Assembly: GCA_030295235.1 (NCBI GenBank)
Contig: AP026167.1
Span: forward strand, 434,001 to 498,000
From: Fistulifera solaris
Lineage: Eukaryota
Reading direction: 5' to 3'
Length of the DNA stretch: 64,000 bases
Shown: positions 26,053 through 37,960 of the stretch, one piece after another
Layout of the letters: the number at the start of each line of letters is the position of its first letter
Numbering within the stretch: the stretch's first letter is position 1
The notes under the pieces: model-generated
Told to the model about the DNA's origin: nothing
Seen by the model: the letters and a program-made list of their open reading frames with translations, nothing else
Databases searched by the model: none
Made by a program: the position numbers and the translations under genes

Positions 26053-27205
26053 AACCATGGTCGATCTTGTACGGCCATCCGATACAACGACGACCCAAGA
26101 CATTCTCTAAACGCTCCACAATATTCCCAATACCAGCTCCTATGGATGATAGAGTCACATTCTGACGCCTCGGATTGTAGTCACAATCCGTCATCCACAC
26201 TGTCTCGTCAGCACGACTTCGTAAAAAACAACAATGCGGGTGTTCCACTATTCCCAGTGAATTGCGAAGCGCTTTACGCATTGCTGGAAAAATAGTTACA
26301 TTCATAAATGTTTCCGCATGCAACGCTCGACCTTCGTCGTTTTCAAGAATCCAGCGAGCATGTTCATCAATCCGTTCAAAGCGCTCCGACGCCCAGACGC
26401 GAACCGCTTCGTATGGGCCATACACCATTCGATCACTCACAGGGTATCGACCAAAACCGGGCACGACAGCAGTGTCATCAGCTGTGTATTCATCCAAGTA
26501 AATGGGGGTCAAATAGACGACATCGTTACGCAGCATAGCCACTCTCTTGTACTGAATATTTCGTTTGCTTGCTTCGCGTTCCATCAAAAGCCAAGCAGAC
26601 TCAATGGAATTCCACATTCGAATTACATTCTCGATAGTTCTGTTGCTGTAAGTCCGTTCTTTCCAAGGAAAATATAGTAATCGATCTTGTGGATCTTTTA
26701 CTGTCGAAACCTTTTGAAGAAGATCCCCGCGTTTTTCTATAAATTCTTTCTCCACCTCTGCTTGATAATAAACTGTAGAAGCATATTCATCGAGAAGGTA
26801 AACGTCATCAGGATGAATACGACCGCCTTTTCCCGATCTTCCTGGCCTGTCAAGAGTTTGATTGTAGTAATGAACGTAGATATCACATGCCGGATTTGTT
26901 TGCAGCACGTTTTTGCGAACGGAGGGGAGCACCAGCGACGCGAAGGCACGTGGTAAACCGAAGAAAAGGATGGCACAGGGCGTCGTTTCCTCGACCTCCG
27001 CCAGTAACGATCCACCTTCTCTTCGGTCCATCGCCAGATCAGGTGACGCACCAGGTAATTGAATCACTAGGAATAACCCAACCAAGGCGTATGCTAAAGT
27101 CATCAGAACGAGGTTCGTCCGTGGGGACGGCGAACGAAGAGGAAAACTCATTCTTCTTTTCCGTCTTTGTGCTCGTCTTGGGTGTGGCTTCGACGAAACG
27201 GTCAT
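25991..27205 (-). CDS. Type II membrane protein, putative glycosyltransferase-like
   Basis: Basic N-terminus plus one TM helix, then AILFFGLPR, DIYVH, RMWNSI, RVAMLRNDV and SDRMVYG. Resembles Golgi GT-like families; specificity unknown. Confidence 0.55.
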   Translation of the reverse strand: MTVSSKPHPRRAQRRKRRMSFPLRSPSPRTNLVLMTLAYALVGLFLVIQLPGASPDLAMDRREGGSLLAEVEETTPCAILFFGLPRAFASLVLPSVRKNVLQTNPACDIYVHYYNQTLDRPGRSGKGGRIHPDDVYLLDEYASTVYYQAEVEKEFIEKRGDLLQKVSTVKDPQDRLLYFPWKERTYSNRTIENVIRMWNSIESAWLLMEREASKRNIQYKRVAMLRNDVVYLTPIYLDEYTADDTAVVPGFGRYPVSDRMVYGPYEAVRVWASERFERIDEHARWILENDEGRALHAETFMNVTIFPAMRKALRNSLGIVEHPHCCFLRSRADETVWMTDCDYNPRRQNVTLSSIGAGIGNIVERLENVLGRRCIGWPYKIDHGFKALNCARHSKSLRGYTDDL

Positions 27206-27898
27206 TACAAAGCCATGCTTGTGGTTTAGAAGAAGAGGCGGATTTTAGATCGGAACAAAGAACATCAATTGTTGAGAAATAATGTGCAATAATGAGACGA
27301 AGAAGAAAGAAAAATATCATCTGTTATCTACTCCGTAAAAAAAATTGAAGCGGAGAGTAGCAATAATAATAAAACTGGCCGTTAAATAGACAGTAAATTT
27401 ATCGGTATCGGGACCGGTAGTGAGTAGTGAGTACTAGTAGGCAGTAATGAGGATAGAGGATACGTAGGTCCCCATTCCCCATAAGTAATGCGAAGTTGTA
27501 GAAAATGTCCCTGCCTGTCGCGCGCGCCGGCTCGCTTTGCTTGTAAAAATCACACCCGAATGCAAAGTGGTATCACATAGATTGTAAAGCAAATGACATT
27601 GTGTCCCGGACACCGCACGCAACCGGTACTGACGAGTCACTTGCTTCCTGTGCTAATGCTACGTAGTACGTAGTATCCTGGTACCAGGTATCAATTCGAA
27701 GACCACCATTGTTTTTTTTTGAACCGGCACTCGAAAGGACGCAACGACGGACGACGATTTGGATCTTCGCGCAGCTCTCGCGATACCTGGTGTAGTGGTC
27801 CTCCCACCCACGACAGCGCCCAACAGCACGCGCGTTCATCATCGTCAACACACATTTGTTTGCCAAAGCGTCTCTTCTCGCATAACAAATAAACAACC

Positions 27899-29631
27899 AT
27901 GAGAGAAATTGTTCACATTCAAGCAGGCCAATGCGGTAACCAAATCGGTGCCAAGTTCTGGCAGGTACGTTCAGTTTTCTTATCATTTACGATCGGGATA
28001 CCAACGCGGCCGCACCAATCCGATGCCGTCGTCCACGGAGACAGCCCTGGTAATGACGGTCCGGTTTTAGAGGGGAATGTCTTATTGGCTTCTCTTCCAA
28101 TAAGTAAAACTTCTGTTTGAACCTTTGCTGTTATACAGAAAACGTGTAGGACGGATTCCAGTTTTTCAATCCGCTCCTAATTGAATGACCATGGAGGTCG
28201 GAAGATCAATGAATTGGCTCTGCTGTGGGATTTTACTAGCATTTTCACAGTATTCACTTTAAACATGATGTGCTTTGCTTCAGAGATGCCCGAAATGACT
28301 TTGCCTTCTCTCAGGATCTTTTCAACTAACTATTAAATGTCGCCTCGTTTTGACAGGTCATGTCAGCAGAGCATGGAATCTCGGGAGACGGCTCTTATCA
28401 CGGAGATAACGAGAATCAACTGAAACGCATTGATGTTTACTTCCATGAAGGTATGGAGGGCCGCTACGTTCCCCGCGCTGTTCTTACGGATCTTGAACCT
28501 GGTACCATGGACGCGATTCGCGCCGGACCCTTCGGGCAGCTGTTCCGCCCCGATAACTTCGTGTTTGGACAGAGCGGTGCCGGTAATAACTGGGCCAAGG
28601 GACACTACACGGAGGGTGCTGAGCTAGTTGATGCCGTAATGGATGTCATCCGCAAGGAGAGCGAGAGCTGTGATACTCTGCAGGGTTTCCAGTTAACTCA
28701 CTCGATGGGTGGAGGAACCGGGTCTGGTATGGGTACTTTGTTGGTGTCAAAAGTCAAGGAAGAGTATCCCGACCGTATTTTGAGCACCTACAGTGTCGTG
28801 CCTTCTCCCAAAGTTTCGGACACTGTCGTTGAGCCCTACAACGCTACTCTTTCGATTCATCAGTTGGTGGAAAACGCGGATCAGTGCTTTGCTCTCGACA
28901 ACGAAGCCTTGTACGATATTTGCTTCCGCACCCTGAAGCTAGCGAACCCTAGTTACGGAGACTTGAACCATTTGATTGCTAACGCAATTGCAGGAACTAC
29001 CTGTTCTCTTCGTTTCCCTGGACAGCTCAACTGTGATCTTCGCAAGTTGGCTGTCAACATGGTTCCGTTCCCTCGCCTCCACTTCTTCTTGGTTGGTTTC
29101 GCTCCGCTCACTGCTGCCAGCTCGCAGAGTTTCCGTGTCTTGACAGTCCCCGAACTCACTCAGCAGGCATTTGACGCGAAGAACATGATGTGTGCCGCCG
29201 ATCCTCGTCATGGACGTTACTTGACTTGCGCCATGATGTTCCGAGGAAGCATGTCCAGTAAGGAAGTCGACGACCAGATGCTGCAGATGGTCACCAAGAA
29301 CTCTTCTTACTTTGTTGAGTGGATCCCGAACAACTTGAAGGCCTCTATTTGCGATATTCCGCCCAAGGGATTGGCGATGTCGAGTGTATTTATCGGTAAC
29401 TCCACCGCCATTCAAGAGGCATGGAAGCGTGTCGCTGATCAGTTCACAGTCATGTTCCGTCGTAAGGCTTTCCTCCACTGGTACACGGGTGAGGGTATGG
29501 ACGAGATGGAGTTCACCGAGGCGGAATCCAACTTGAACGATCTCGTCTCCGAGTACCAGCAATACCAAGACGCCACGGCCGAAGAAGAAGACATTTCGGG
29601 TGACTTTGAAGAGGGTGCTTATGCCGAGTAA
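27899..29631 (+). CDS. TUBB: Beta-tubulin (exon 1 27899-27964, intron 27965-28356, exon 2 28357-29631)
   Basis: [30 protein letters not shown] and an acidic tail. GTACGT..CTAAC..GACAG intron. Confidence 0.99.
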
Positions 29632-30000
29632 ACTTTTGTCGCCCATGTTTTACCTGCTGAAAGTCTGTCTTTGTGTTGATCGGGGGAATTCGTAGTGTCT
29701 TAAAGTAACATATTATAATCCTGGACGGCATCGCTTTTTCTTCTCGCTTCATACCGATCATCGTTAATATTAGCGAACCGAACGCTGGGTTTAATAGATG
29801 CTGAGGTATTCTCAAACTAATTTGGTTGATTACGTAACGATTGGCGTTTACTACCTCGTGAACAAGATTCCCACAATACACTAGACCTAGTCCTGTGATT
29901 CATTACTTTTTCAACAAGTCGACTTTAATTGAAAGCAAATACGATCAAAAAGAAGGCATCATCGCATCATCCTAAAGAGGATATTATTATTTAACAAAGC

Positions 30001-30567
30001 TTACTGAGCAGCTGTGCGCTGTTCCAATTGACGCAAACGCATTTCTAGCTCCGCCTCCTTCAACTTGGCCTGCTGAAGTTCCGATCGCGCATCGCGAATT
30101 TCGGATTCTTGACGGTATTCGCGCATTCCCTCGCTGATGCTACCGATCGCATTAATACCCAAAGCCAATCCAAGCCCGGCGTTGGGATTGTATCCGTAAC
30201 CGTAACCGTATCCAGGAGAAACAATGACCGGAGATGGTTGAACGATGGTGGTTTGTCGTTCCACGACGCGGGTGGGGGCTCGGGAAGGTGCTTTCGCACG
30301 TCCTCCGGAACGACCACCACTGCGACCGGCAATCACTTGCGAAGATCCCGCAAAATCTCCATCCCAAGCAAACGCGGGGGCTGCCGCGACGATGTTACTC
30401 ATGAGATAAGCTGCCGCTACGACGGAAGTCATGGCTTTACGAGAGGCTTCGTCACTGCGGGCCGAGTGGAGGACGGTCGCTGGGCGCGCACTTTGAACAG
30501 GCGCAAAAGCGTGTACGGAGCTTAATGCGAACAAGGTAAAAACAGCGAAGGATCGAAGAAATGTCAT
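30001..30567 (-). CDS. Plastid/thylakoid-targeted protein of unknown function
   Basis: Likely start MTFLRSFAVFTLFALSSVHA-FAP. Second hydrophobic segment ends APAFA. Then GRSGGRSGGR, a GY-rich segment, one TM helix and a coiled-coil C-terminus. Confidence 0.75.
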   Translation of the reverse strand: MTFLRSFAVFTLFALSSVHAFAPVQSARPATVLHSARSDEASRKAMTSVVAAAYLMSNIVAAAPAFAWDGDFAGSSQVIAGRSGGRSGGRAKAPSRAPTRVVERQTTIVQPSPVIVSPGYGYGYGYNPNAGLGLALGINAIGSISEGMREYRQESEIRDARSELQQAKLKEAELEMRLRQLEQRTAAQ

Positions 30568-30813
30568 GATTAGTATAAAAAAGGTCGCAACGCAGATATT
30601 TGACGTTTGTTTGTCACGTTGTTCAAATTTGTTGTTTGTTGCATGAAGAGCAGCTGTCCACAAGAGGTGAGATGCAAATGGCAAAAAGTGCTGCAAACTG
30701 GTGACGTAAGGCACCGAGGGCTAATTTTATATAGATCACAAAGTGCTGTTTACTGTCGTACTGGCTAAACCACGTCAGCGTTAAAGAATGTCGACTATGG
30801 GATTGGTTCCTTT

Positions 30814-30845
30814 AGCGTGAATGATGATGATTCATCATTCACGCT
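30814..30845. repeat. Perfect 14-bp inverted repeat with 4-nt spacer
   Basis: AGCGTGAATGATGA-tgat-TCATCATTCACGCT. Confidence 0.9.
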
Positions 30846-31235
30846 CATGATTTAAAGCTTTATTCCCGTTTGTTCTGTTGGGTCCCAAAATTTGAGGAAA
30901 AGTGAAAGTGCAACCACGCGCCACGGACGCGAAGCTACTGTTTCGAAGGACGTTTTCTTCATAATCCAAACGATTTCCAGGTTCGATTGTGGCATCGGAG
31001 AACTTATTTCACAACATTATGCTTTGTGTTCGTTACGACATCCATGTCACACAGGCCGAAGCTACTTTATCGCCAAGACGCGCAAGTGTAAAAAAAAAAA
31101 CGAAACTCAACCGTCGCACCTCCCTTCGCAAAAGAAAAAAGTGTCGGGTCACTTAAAACACAAAACACAGAACACGAATGTTCCCAACACATAGGCTGCT
31201 CTTCTACTACCGGTTCAATTAGTGAAACTACCAGA

Positions 31236-32363
31236 ATGTCGGACAAGAAAGACAAAAGGAGAAACGGGGATTCTTCGGGGCGAAGAAAAGCGGTGATGCT
31301 TCCGTTCGAAAATCAAAATCCTTCAAGCGGATTCGCGGTCTTTTGAAAGGAAGCAAGAGCAAAAAAGACCTTAGAGAAGCAAGAAAAACAACGAGACGAA
31401 GGAGATACGGTGTATGATGTTGATGTCGAAGATCGTTCGATTATGACTCGTCAAACGGTGGAAGAGACGAAACCGTTCCTGTTGAAAATCGTTTTGCTTT
31501 TGATGGACCCGGTGACTCGCCGATTCGAGTTACTGCAGCTGGAATTTGATTCCCTCAATGCCACCGTGAATGACATTTTGGTGCAGATTCCTGTCTCGGT
31601 CACCGAAGAAGCTTTACGTGAACAAAAGTATGTGGCGATATGTGGACCCGACGCAAAGAGAAATCGCCCACCGAAATGCTGTCCAACTTTTGTGCAGGAA
31701 ATGGGGTCTTGGTGGCCATTCCGGAGGGATTGCAGTCCAGAGAATGTGTGCGACTAGCGACACCCATTCTTTCGGATACAAAAGTGACACAAATGGTAAG
31801 TAAATACTTTGGATCATTTCATTACTTGAGAATAGAAACTCAATTTCCTTTAGCTCAAAGCCAGTGGTATTAACGCCTCAGAGTGGAAGGACGATGTTAA
31901 AAGCAAGAGTGTGCCGGAAGTTCGACAGAACAAAAGTGCCCCGAAGAAAAAGGCCAGGGGGAAGCGGTACCGCTCTCACAGTCCTCGTGATCGCTCTTTT
32001 GGCGGCAGGATTGCAGGTATTCCATCTCTACATTTCGGCACCTATTCAGAGAGGCAACGTCGTTTCTCCCAATATATGGCTACGGGAATGTGGTTTGAAT
32101 TTCTTTTCATGCGATAAAGAATCTTATTTCCGTATCAAGGATGGCAAGGCAATCCGCACGAATGGCCGAAACGAGGTGATGTGGGTGATGGAGGGAGCTG
32201 CTTGCGCTTCGGGAGAGTGCCAAAATGGTATGCAAGTAAAGTCAGACGGAAGTATTTTGATTGGAGAAAAGCCAGTAACGCATGTCACTATGTATAAGGA
32301 CGCTGCGTTGTCTCCGTGGCCTTTGCCGAGGAACCGCTTGTGAAGACTCGACATGCGAAAATC
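31236..32363 (+). CDS. Hypothetical membrane protein (several frameshifts, intron near 31796-31852); boundaries approximate
   Basis: Lys/Glu-rich start, then IVLLLMDPVTRRFELLQLEFDS, one TM helix (ALTVLVIALLAAGL) and a Cys-containing C-terminal domain, spread over ORFs 31410, 31640 and 31864. Confidence 0.6.
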
Positions 32364-32585
32364 CTAGTGAACTAATCAATTTATGGTTTAAGTGTGGTTG
32401 TGGATGTTAATGTGGCCGACCCAATGTGCGTGCGCTCCTGATATCAACAACACTGCTTGCCTATTGGATTCGTGTGATTGAGTTAAATTTAAAAATAGAC
32501 TACGTACGTTTTGGAATTGTTCGTTTTGTAAACTAACATTGTGGAATTGTTTAGGGGCTTGCCGTTTCATCTTCGCTGCCTTTAC

Positions 32586-33745
32586 CTAAACCCACGCCGT
32601 CGGAGTCAAACCAGAGGTGCCCAACTCTTCCAACGTCTGAAAAGCTTTAGTAAAGTCTTTGTTAAATTTTTCGGCATCTCCAGCGTAGATATCCACATAC
32701 TTCTTGAATTTCTTATCCTGTAGAAGAACGAGATCCGAAGGCAGCATCATTAGATTTCCACCGGGAGCGTTCACGTACTGATACGGTCCGTCCCAATCTT
32801 TGGCCACCCAGTTTAGATTCTTCAATATAGTAAAGTACGCATTATTGAACGTCGTGGGTGTAGGAGTCCACGGTCCATCGTAACCACTGGCAGTGCTGTG
32901 GAACAAAGAAAAACGTCCGACGTGAGGTGTGTGTTCTGCAAAGATACCGAATGACACAATTCGATACGCACGTATGACAGCGCCCGAGCGCATGAGCACC
33001 ACTCAGTGCCACGATTTCTTGATCGTTGAAACCCATGCGATTGAAGATAGCCCGAACGTGTGCGGCGTCTGCTGGATCACTCCCTTTGGGACCGCTGTCG
33101 GCATTTGGCAAACGACCATCCGGTGTCACGGCCGATGCATCGAGTGCATCGACACGACCACTGCTCCAAGGAATGACGGGGCCTCCCATGGCATGAATTG
33201 CCGCGACTAACGTACAAGTATACGAGTTGTGAGATGTTGTTTTCCTGACATCCAAGAAAGAGGGAGTCAAACGTACCTCCGGCCAATGTGTACAGATCCG
33301 CATACGAAATGAGTCCGTCGTACTTGGCATGAATGGGTTCCAGCCACTGTACGGCCGTGTCTTTCAATCCAGCATTGCCGCCATGTGCCAGTTCTTCAGC
33401 GAACCGAATGGTACCTTGTCCGGAACCACCGGTGTTTGATTTTTTGTCGTAAGTCCCCGAAGAATGCCACGCCAATCGCACCAAGGTCGGGCCTTTGTCG
33501 GGATCGGCACGAACGAGATCTTCGATATCTTTCGCGACTTCTTTGTAATCGACGGCCCACGAAAATGACGGCCAGAAACTGATGACGGCTGTCGCAACAG
33601 AACTGGCCAAGACATCTCGTCGCGTGGCTGAAAGAGTGGGCAATACGCTACGATGAGGCGTCGTCGTCGTCGTCGTCATCGTCGTCGGATGAAAGGCTTG
33701 TCCTGCGCACAGGAAAGAGAAAAGAAGAACCAGAGTGGGTAACAT
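32586..33745 (-). CDS. Class I heme peroxidase (cytochrome c/ascorbate peroxidase family), plastid- and probably thylakoid-lumen-targeted; introns 33207-33276 and 32896-32971
   Basis: [61 protein letters not shown]. Presequence GQA-F, then TRRDVL..hydrophobic..SWA. Confidence 0.93.
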
Positions 33746-34175
33746 GGAAGTGGGATGATAGGTAGATGGTAGTAATGATATAGAGTAAGAAATAATGGAG
33801 TATCCATCACACCATCGGCGTCGGATCTGGTTCCATCCATCAACAAGAACACCGAAAAAAGATCTCGGTACCTTGTACCCGGTACTTGGTTCGCTTTTTT
33901 CACAATATAATGACGTAGTAAACGGTACACAATCAAACTATAGACGCAAAGTGTTGACGGCACATTACTATGACTGGATTTCAGTCACGAGGCATTATTA
34001 TCCCCAATCCCCACCGTATCATCGTCGCCATCATCGTTACAACATGGACAACATTTACCAGGTATACCGACACTTGTTTCTTCCTCGTAAAGCTTCTTAA
34101 CTGTTGCTGTCAATTGTGCTTAGTTCTAAGAGGCGCTCGCGGGAACGCCCATTTTCTTTGCCCAACTATAACGAA

Positions 34176-35746
34176 ATGCACCTCTTTCGTTCCTCGAAAC
34201 GTTCGAAGGATGCACGATCCGTATCGCCCTCCCCATCCCCTCGTTCGACTCAAACACTGACGGCTTCTGCCGCTCGTTTTCGAAGACGACAACCCGATAC
34301 TACAACTCTGCCGTTACATGGAACGCCTCCCACACCGGCGTGGAAGAAACAAGGGAATTCCAACTTTTTATACGGAGGACAATATTATCCAGAAGGTCGC
34401 AGGAGACGAAAGATACGTCGCGATTATCCACTCTGGCAACGAATCTTTTGTTCTTCACCGACACGAATGATCATCACTCTTTTGGTGGTGACGTACGTTT
34501 CCCTTCTCTATGTATTATGGCCGTTACTTCATTTTCTGATGCAAAGTTATCGTCGCACGGCAGTACAATCGTGCGGGGAAACGATTTGTTATTGCATCTT
34601 TCGTACTCCTCCGAGAGCCTGACTCGCATCGATGCACTGTACGACGCAATACAACACATTCCTCCCTCACCGTTACTGACCACACGGTCTGAGTTTTTAC
34701 AACAAATGTACCCACAATTCTATCATCGGAATTCCGAACGAAAAAGCGAACAACCCAATCGGAGTCTGGTGGCTCCCGATCATCATCGAAGACCGCATTG
34801 TCCTACACCACCAACAACGACATTACAAGTGACTCTTGTTATTCAAACGACAATACATCGTCTTCCTGTTGTACAAGAAACATGTCGACGTTGGAAATCA
34901 TCACCCATGATTGTGGTGCTGGCGTTGGAGGAGGACGCGGAACTTTCCTCCATCGTTGATGATTCGTACGATTGCCCGAATACAAAGTGGATTACTTATC
35001 ACTTGTCGTCGACATTGGATTATCCCGTCAATCATTTACGGAACTTGGCATTGGAAGCCGTTTCCACCAGTCACGTATTGGTGGTGGATGCCGATTTTGT
35101 TCCCTCGACCGGTTTGGAAGAAGCCATTGTACAAAATTTGCCCGCATTGCCACCACGACAAGCTTTGGTGATTCCGGCGTTTGAACGAATCATGGAATGC
35201 AGCAATCAGAACGATTGTCTCGAACTGTTGCGGTACAATAGTTCCTTCATTCCGCATACCATGAAGGAACTAGAGACGTGTGTGCAGGCCCACGACTGTC
35301 GTGTGTTTCAAGCCAACAACAATCCAGAGGGTCATTCTTCCACCCGTTCGAAGGAGTGGTTGTACGATCGGCAGAAGGATGAATTGCGTACCATCGAATG
35401 CTTCGATTCACTGCGTTATGAGCCGTATCTGGTGTTACCGTGGTGCGCGAATGACGCGGTTCCGTATTACGACGAACGGTTTCATGGATACGGGAAGAAT
35501 AAAATTCAACACGTCCAGCACGTGCGATTCTTGGGGTTTTCGTTTGCCGTCTTACCACCACAGGGATTTCTCGTGCACGCTCCCCACCTTGAATCGGCTG
35601 TAAAAGAAGAATGGAATAATGTCAAGACATCTTCGTTGCATCGAGAAATGGATGCCTTGTATCGAGAATTCTTACGCGAGCTAGTGGAGGAAAGCCGCGC
35701 CAAGATGGTGGATGTCCATTCCATTGTGGGGCCATGCGAGTCCTAA
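34176..35746 (+). CDS. Glycosyltransferase family 49 (LARGE/B4GAT1-like), type II membrane protein; frameshift near 34540
   Basis: VTLVIQTT..RL, YPVNHLRNLAL, VLVVDADFVPS, ALVIPAFE, YEPYLV, YDERFHGYGKNK, FLVHAPH. Confidence 0.9.
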
Positions 35747-35820
35747 GCGAGTCCTAAAAGGATACCAATATTTCATAACAACAAGCTTAGCGATAAACTA
35801 CAAAGTGATCTTCTATACTA

Positions 35821-36425
35821 CTACTGACGTTCTTGCTCCATTCGAAGAATAGGAACACGACGACACCGCTCTCGAAATGCCGCGACTTGTTGTTTTCCGA
35901 CTTGCGGCAAAAGAAAGTCCAGTGAAGTCGCCAATAAAGGATCACGGCTGGTGATTTGCAGTTCCAGTGATACTTGAGTTTTGCTTTCTGATAAAGGTTG
36001 CAGGCGCCACTTGCTCTGCAAGGAATCAAAGAGACGACTTTCGATGCTCACAATGTCGACATGAAATTGTTCGGGATCGAACGTCACCGACGACACGTAC
36101 GAATCTTGAATCAAGGGCGGAAATTCGAACGACAGAGTTGCTTTCATGTGATTTCCATTTCTTTCCAAGACTTTGGATTGCGTGACGAAGGGAAGAAATT
36201 GGGAATAAGCATCGACGTCTTTGACAATTTGGAAACAAGTGATGGGCCGGTGTAGGAACGATTTGCCGTTCGATGTGTCGTTTTGTCACCGAAAGTGCAC
36301 GGAAGAGCATGGAATTTGAGAGTTCTGATAGAAGAGGATTGTTGTGTTAACAAGAAGTTCAAGCACGGCGGAAGAGAACCGTGATTTAGTCTCAAGGTTG
36401 CCGCAGCGATCATCATGGTCGTCAT
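35821..36425 (-). CDS. COQ10: Coenzyme Q-binding START-domain protein Coq10 (frameshifted)
   Basis: HIERQIV, V.DVDAYSQFLP (in a shifted frame), YVSSVT, LFDSLQSKWRL, AFRERC. N-terminus resembles a mitochondrial presequence. Confidence 0.8.
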
Positions 36426-36726
36426 TCGAGAGTTGCGTTTTTCGCTTTCTTCAGTGGTGACGTCATAGGACACTGAACGACTATACACGAAGGTGTAGAC
36501 AGCCTTTGTGCATGACTGGATCACATACTCGAGTCATGAAGGTCTCGTTAGGCTCCAGGTGCGCGCGCCGGTTACAACGGAAACTGGCCCGCGTTGGAGG
36601 GAAAATTGTCGTCCTCGCGATCTGCGCTCCTCGTAAAAAAGACTACCTTTTATTATCACCATGATGTTCGTATAATAGTAGCAAGCTGAAAGAAGATTCC
36701 ACACGCAACACACAATAACTAACAAT

Positions 36727-37908
36727 ATGACAGCTTTGTATACAGAAGATCAATTGCAAGAGGCAACATCCTGGATAGAAGATGAAGGTCGAAGTGTAAC
36801 AATTGCGACCGTCAGCCAATCGCTAGAATTTCGCGATCGCCAGCACAAGCGTTGCTGGAACAGTTGGGCCAGGGGACGAGCGCTCTTCGAGTCACTGTCA
36901 CTGATGCGGAAACAAAGATTCGAGGCAGCTCAATTCCGACGACCGGTATGTTGTCTGAAGCTTAAAAAGAACTTTTGCCGTGTCAATCATCTCACGTATT
37001 GGCGATTCCCCTCTACCTAAAATGCACTTTCGTTCGTGCAGTTTTCAGTCTTTCTCCAAGCTCCAAGGACGGGTACATGTATGCGATTTCGGGACAAGAG
37101 TCGGTAGCAATGGCTCACGAACGAGATATGGATCAAATGAGAGACATGCTAAAAAACAATCAATTGAGCCATTTGACCGCTTCGGCCACGGATAGCATTG
37201 CACCGTCCGAACAGGTTCTATCCTTGATGCAACACAATGTAGAGTTGTCGGATCGACCCATTGTGAGTTCACTGGATCGCAGCAAACCCACTGCACCTGC
37301 GAAAAAAGTTACCACGGCAGAATCCTTCTTTCAAAAGAAAAGTGCGACTCCGGCAGAGAAAACGAGCTCTTCTACCGCAGAGAAAACAACCACAATCAAG
37401 GACACGAAGCCTACTCTTGCCAAATCATCGAAAGGAAAAGAATTCAGCAAAGAGAATGAAAAGGAAAATAATAAGAAAGTCGGTCGCGTCGATGATTTGG
37501 TCGGCGATGAAGACGATAGCGAGGGAGGAGGATGTGGCGCCGCGCAAGAAAATTATTCGCGGACGCCAACCACCGAAGGAAGAGAATGTCGAGAAAGAGG
37601 AAGCACCCGTGGTGGAACCAGTGGTATCCGTCCGAGGGGCGATGGATGATTTTGCCACAGAAATGAAACGTCCGACGGCACCCACCACCACGACGGGACG
37701 AAGACGGCGCAAGAAACTCATTCAAAAGACGTCCATGGATGCTCAGGGTTATCTGCATACGGAAACGCAAGAGGTATGGGAAGATATTCTATCTGATGAA
37801 GAAGATGAACCGATCTTTGTCCCGAAAAAGCCAACGACACAACAAGCGGCCAATAAAAAGGTGAATATGAAGCAAGGTAGTTTGTTGGGATTCTTTACTA
37901 AGAAATAA
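36727..37908 (+). CDS. POLD3: DNA polymerase delta subunit 3 (Cdc27/p66); intron near 36946-37047; frameshifts
   Basis: N-terminal winged-helix-like segment (WIEDEGRSVT..VSQSL), a charged linker, 'MDAQGYLHTE' and a C-terminal PIP box QGSLLGFF. Confidence 0.82.
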
Positions 37909-37960
37909 TGCAAGCTGGTTTCATATTAACTTCATTTCTATACCGATCTGATGAACGCTT

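Noticed and set aside
28939..29646. 235-aa ORF antisense to beta-tubulin
   Set aside because: Shadow ORF expected from the strong codon bias of a highly expressed gene; no recognisable motifs.
35736..35757. 11-bp tandem duplication GCGAGTCCTAA x2 over the GT49 stop codon
   Set aside because: Could be slippage or an excision footprint, but no element is nearby and the protein is unaffected.
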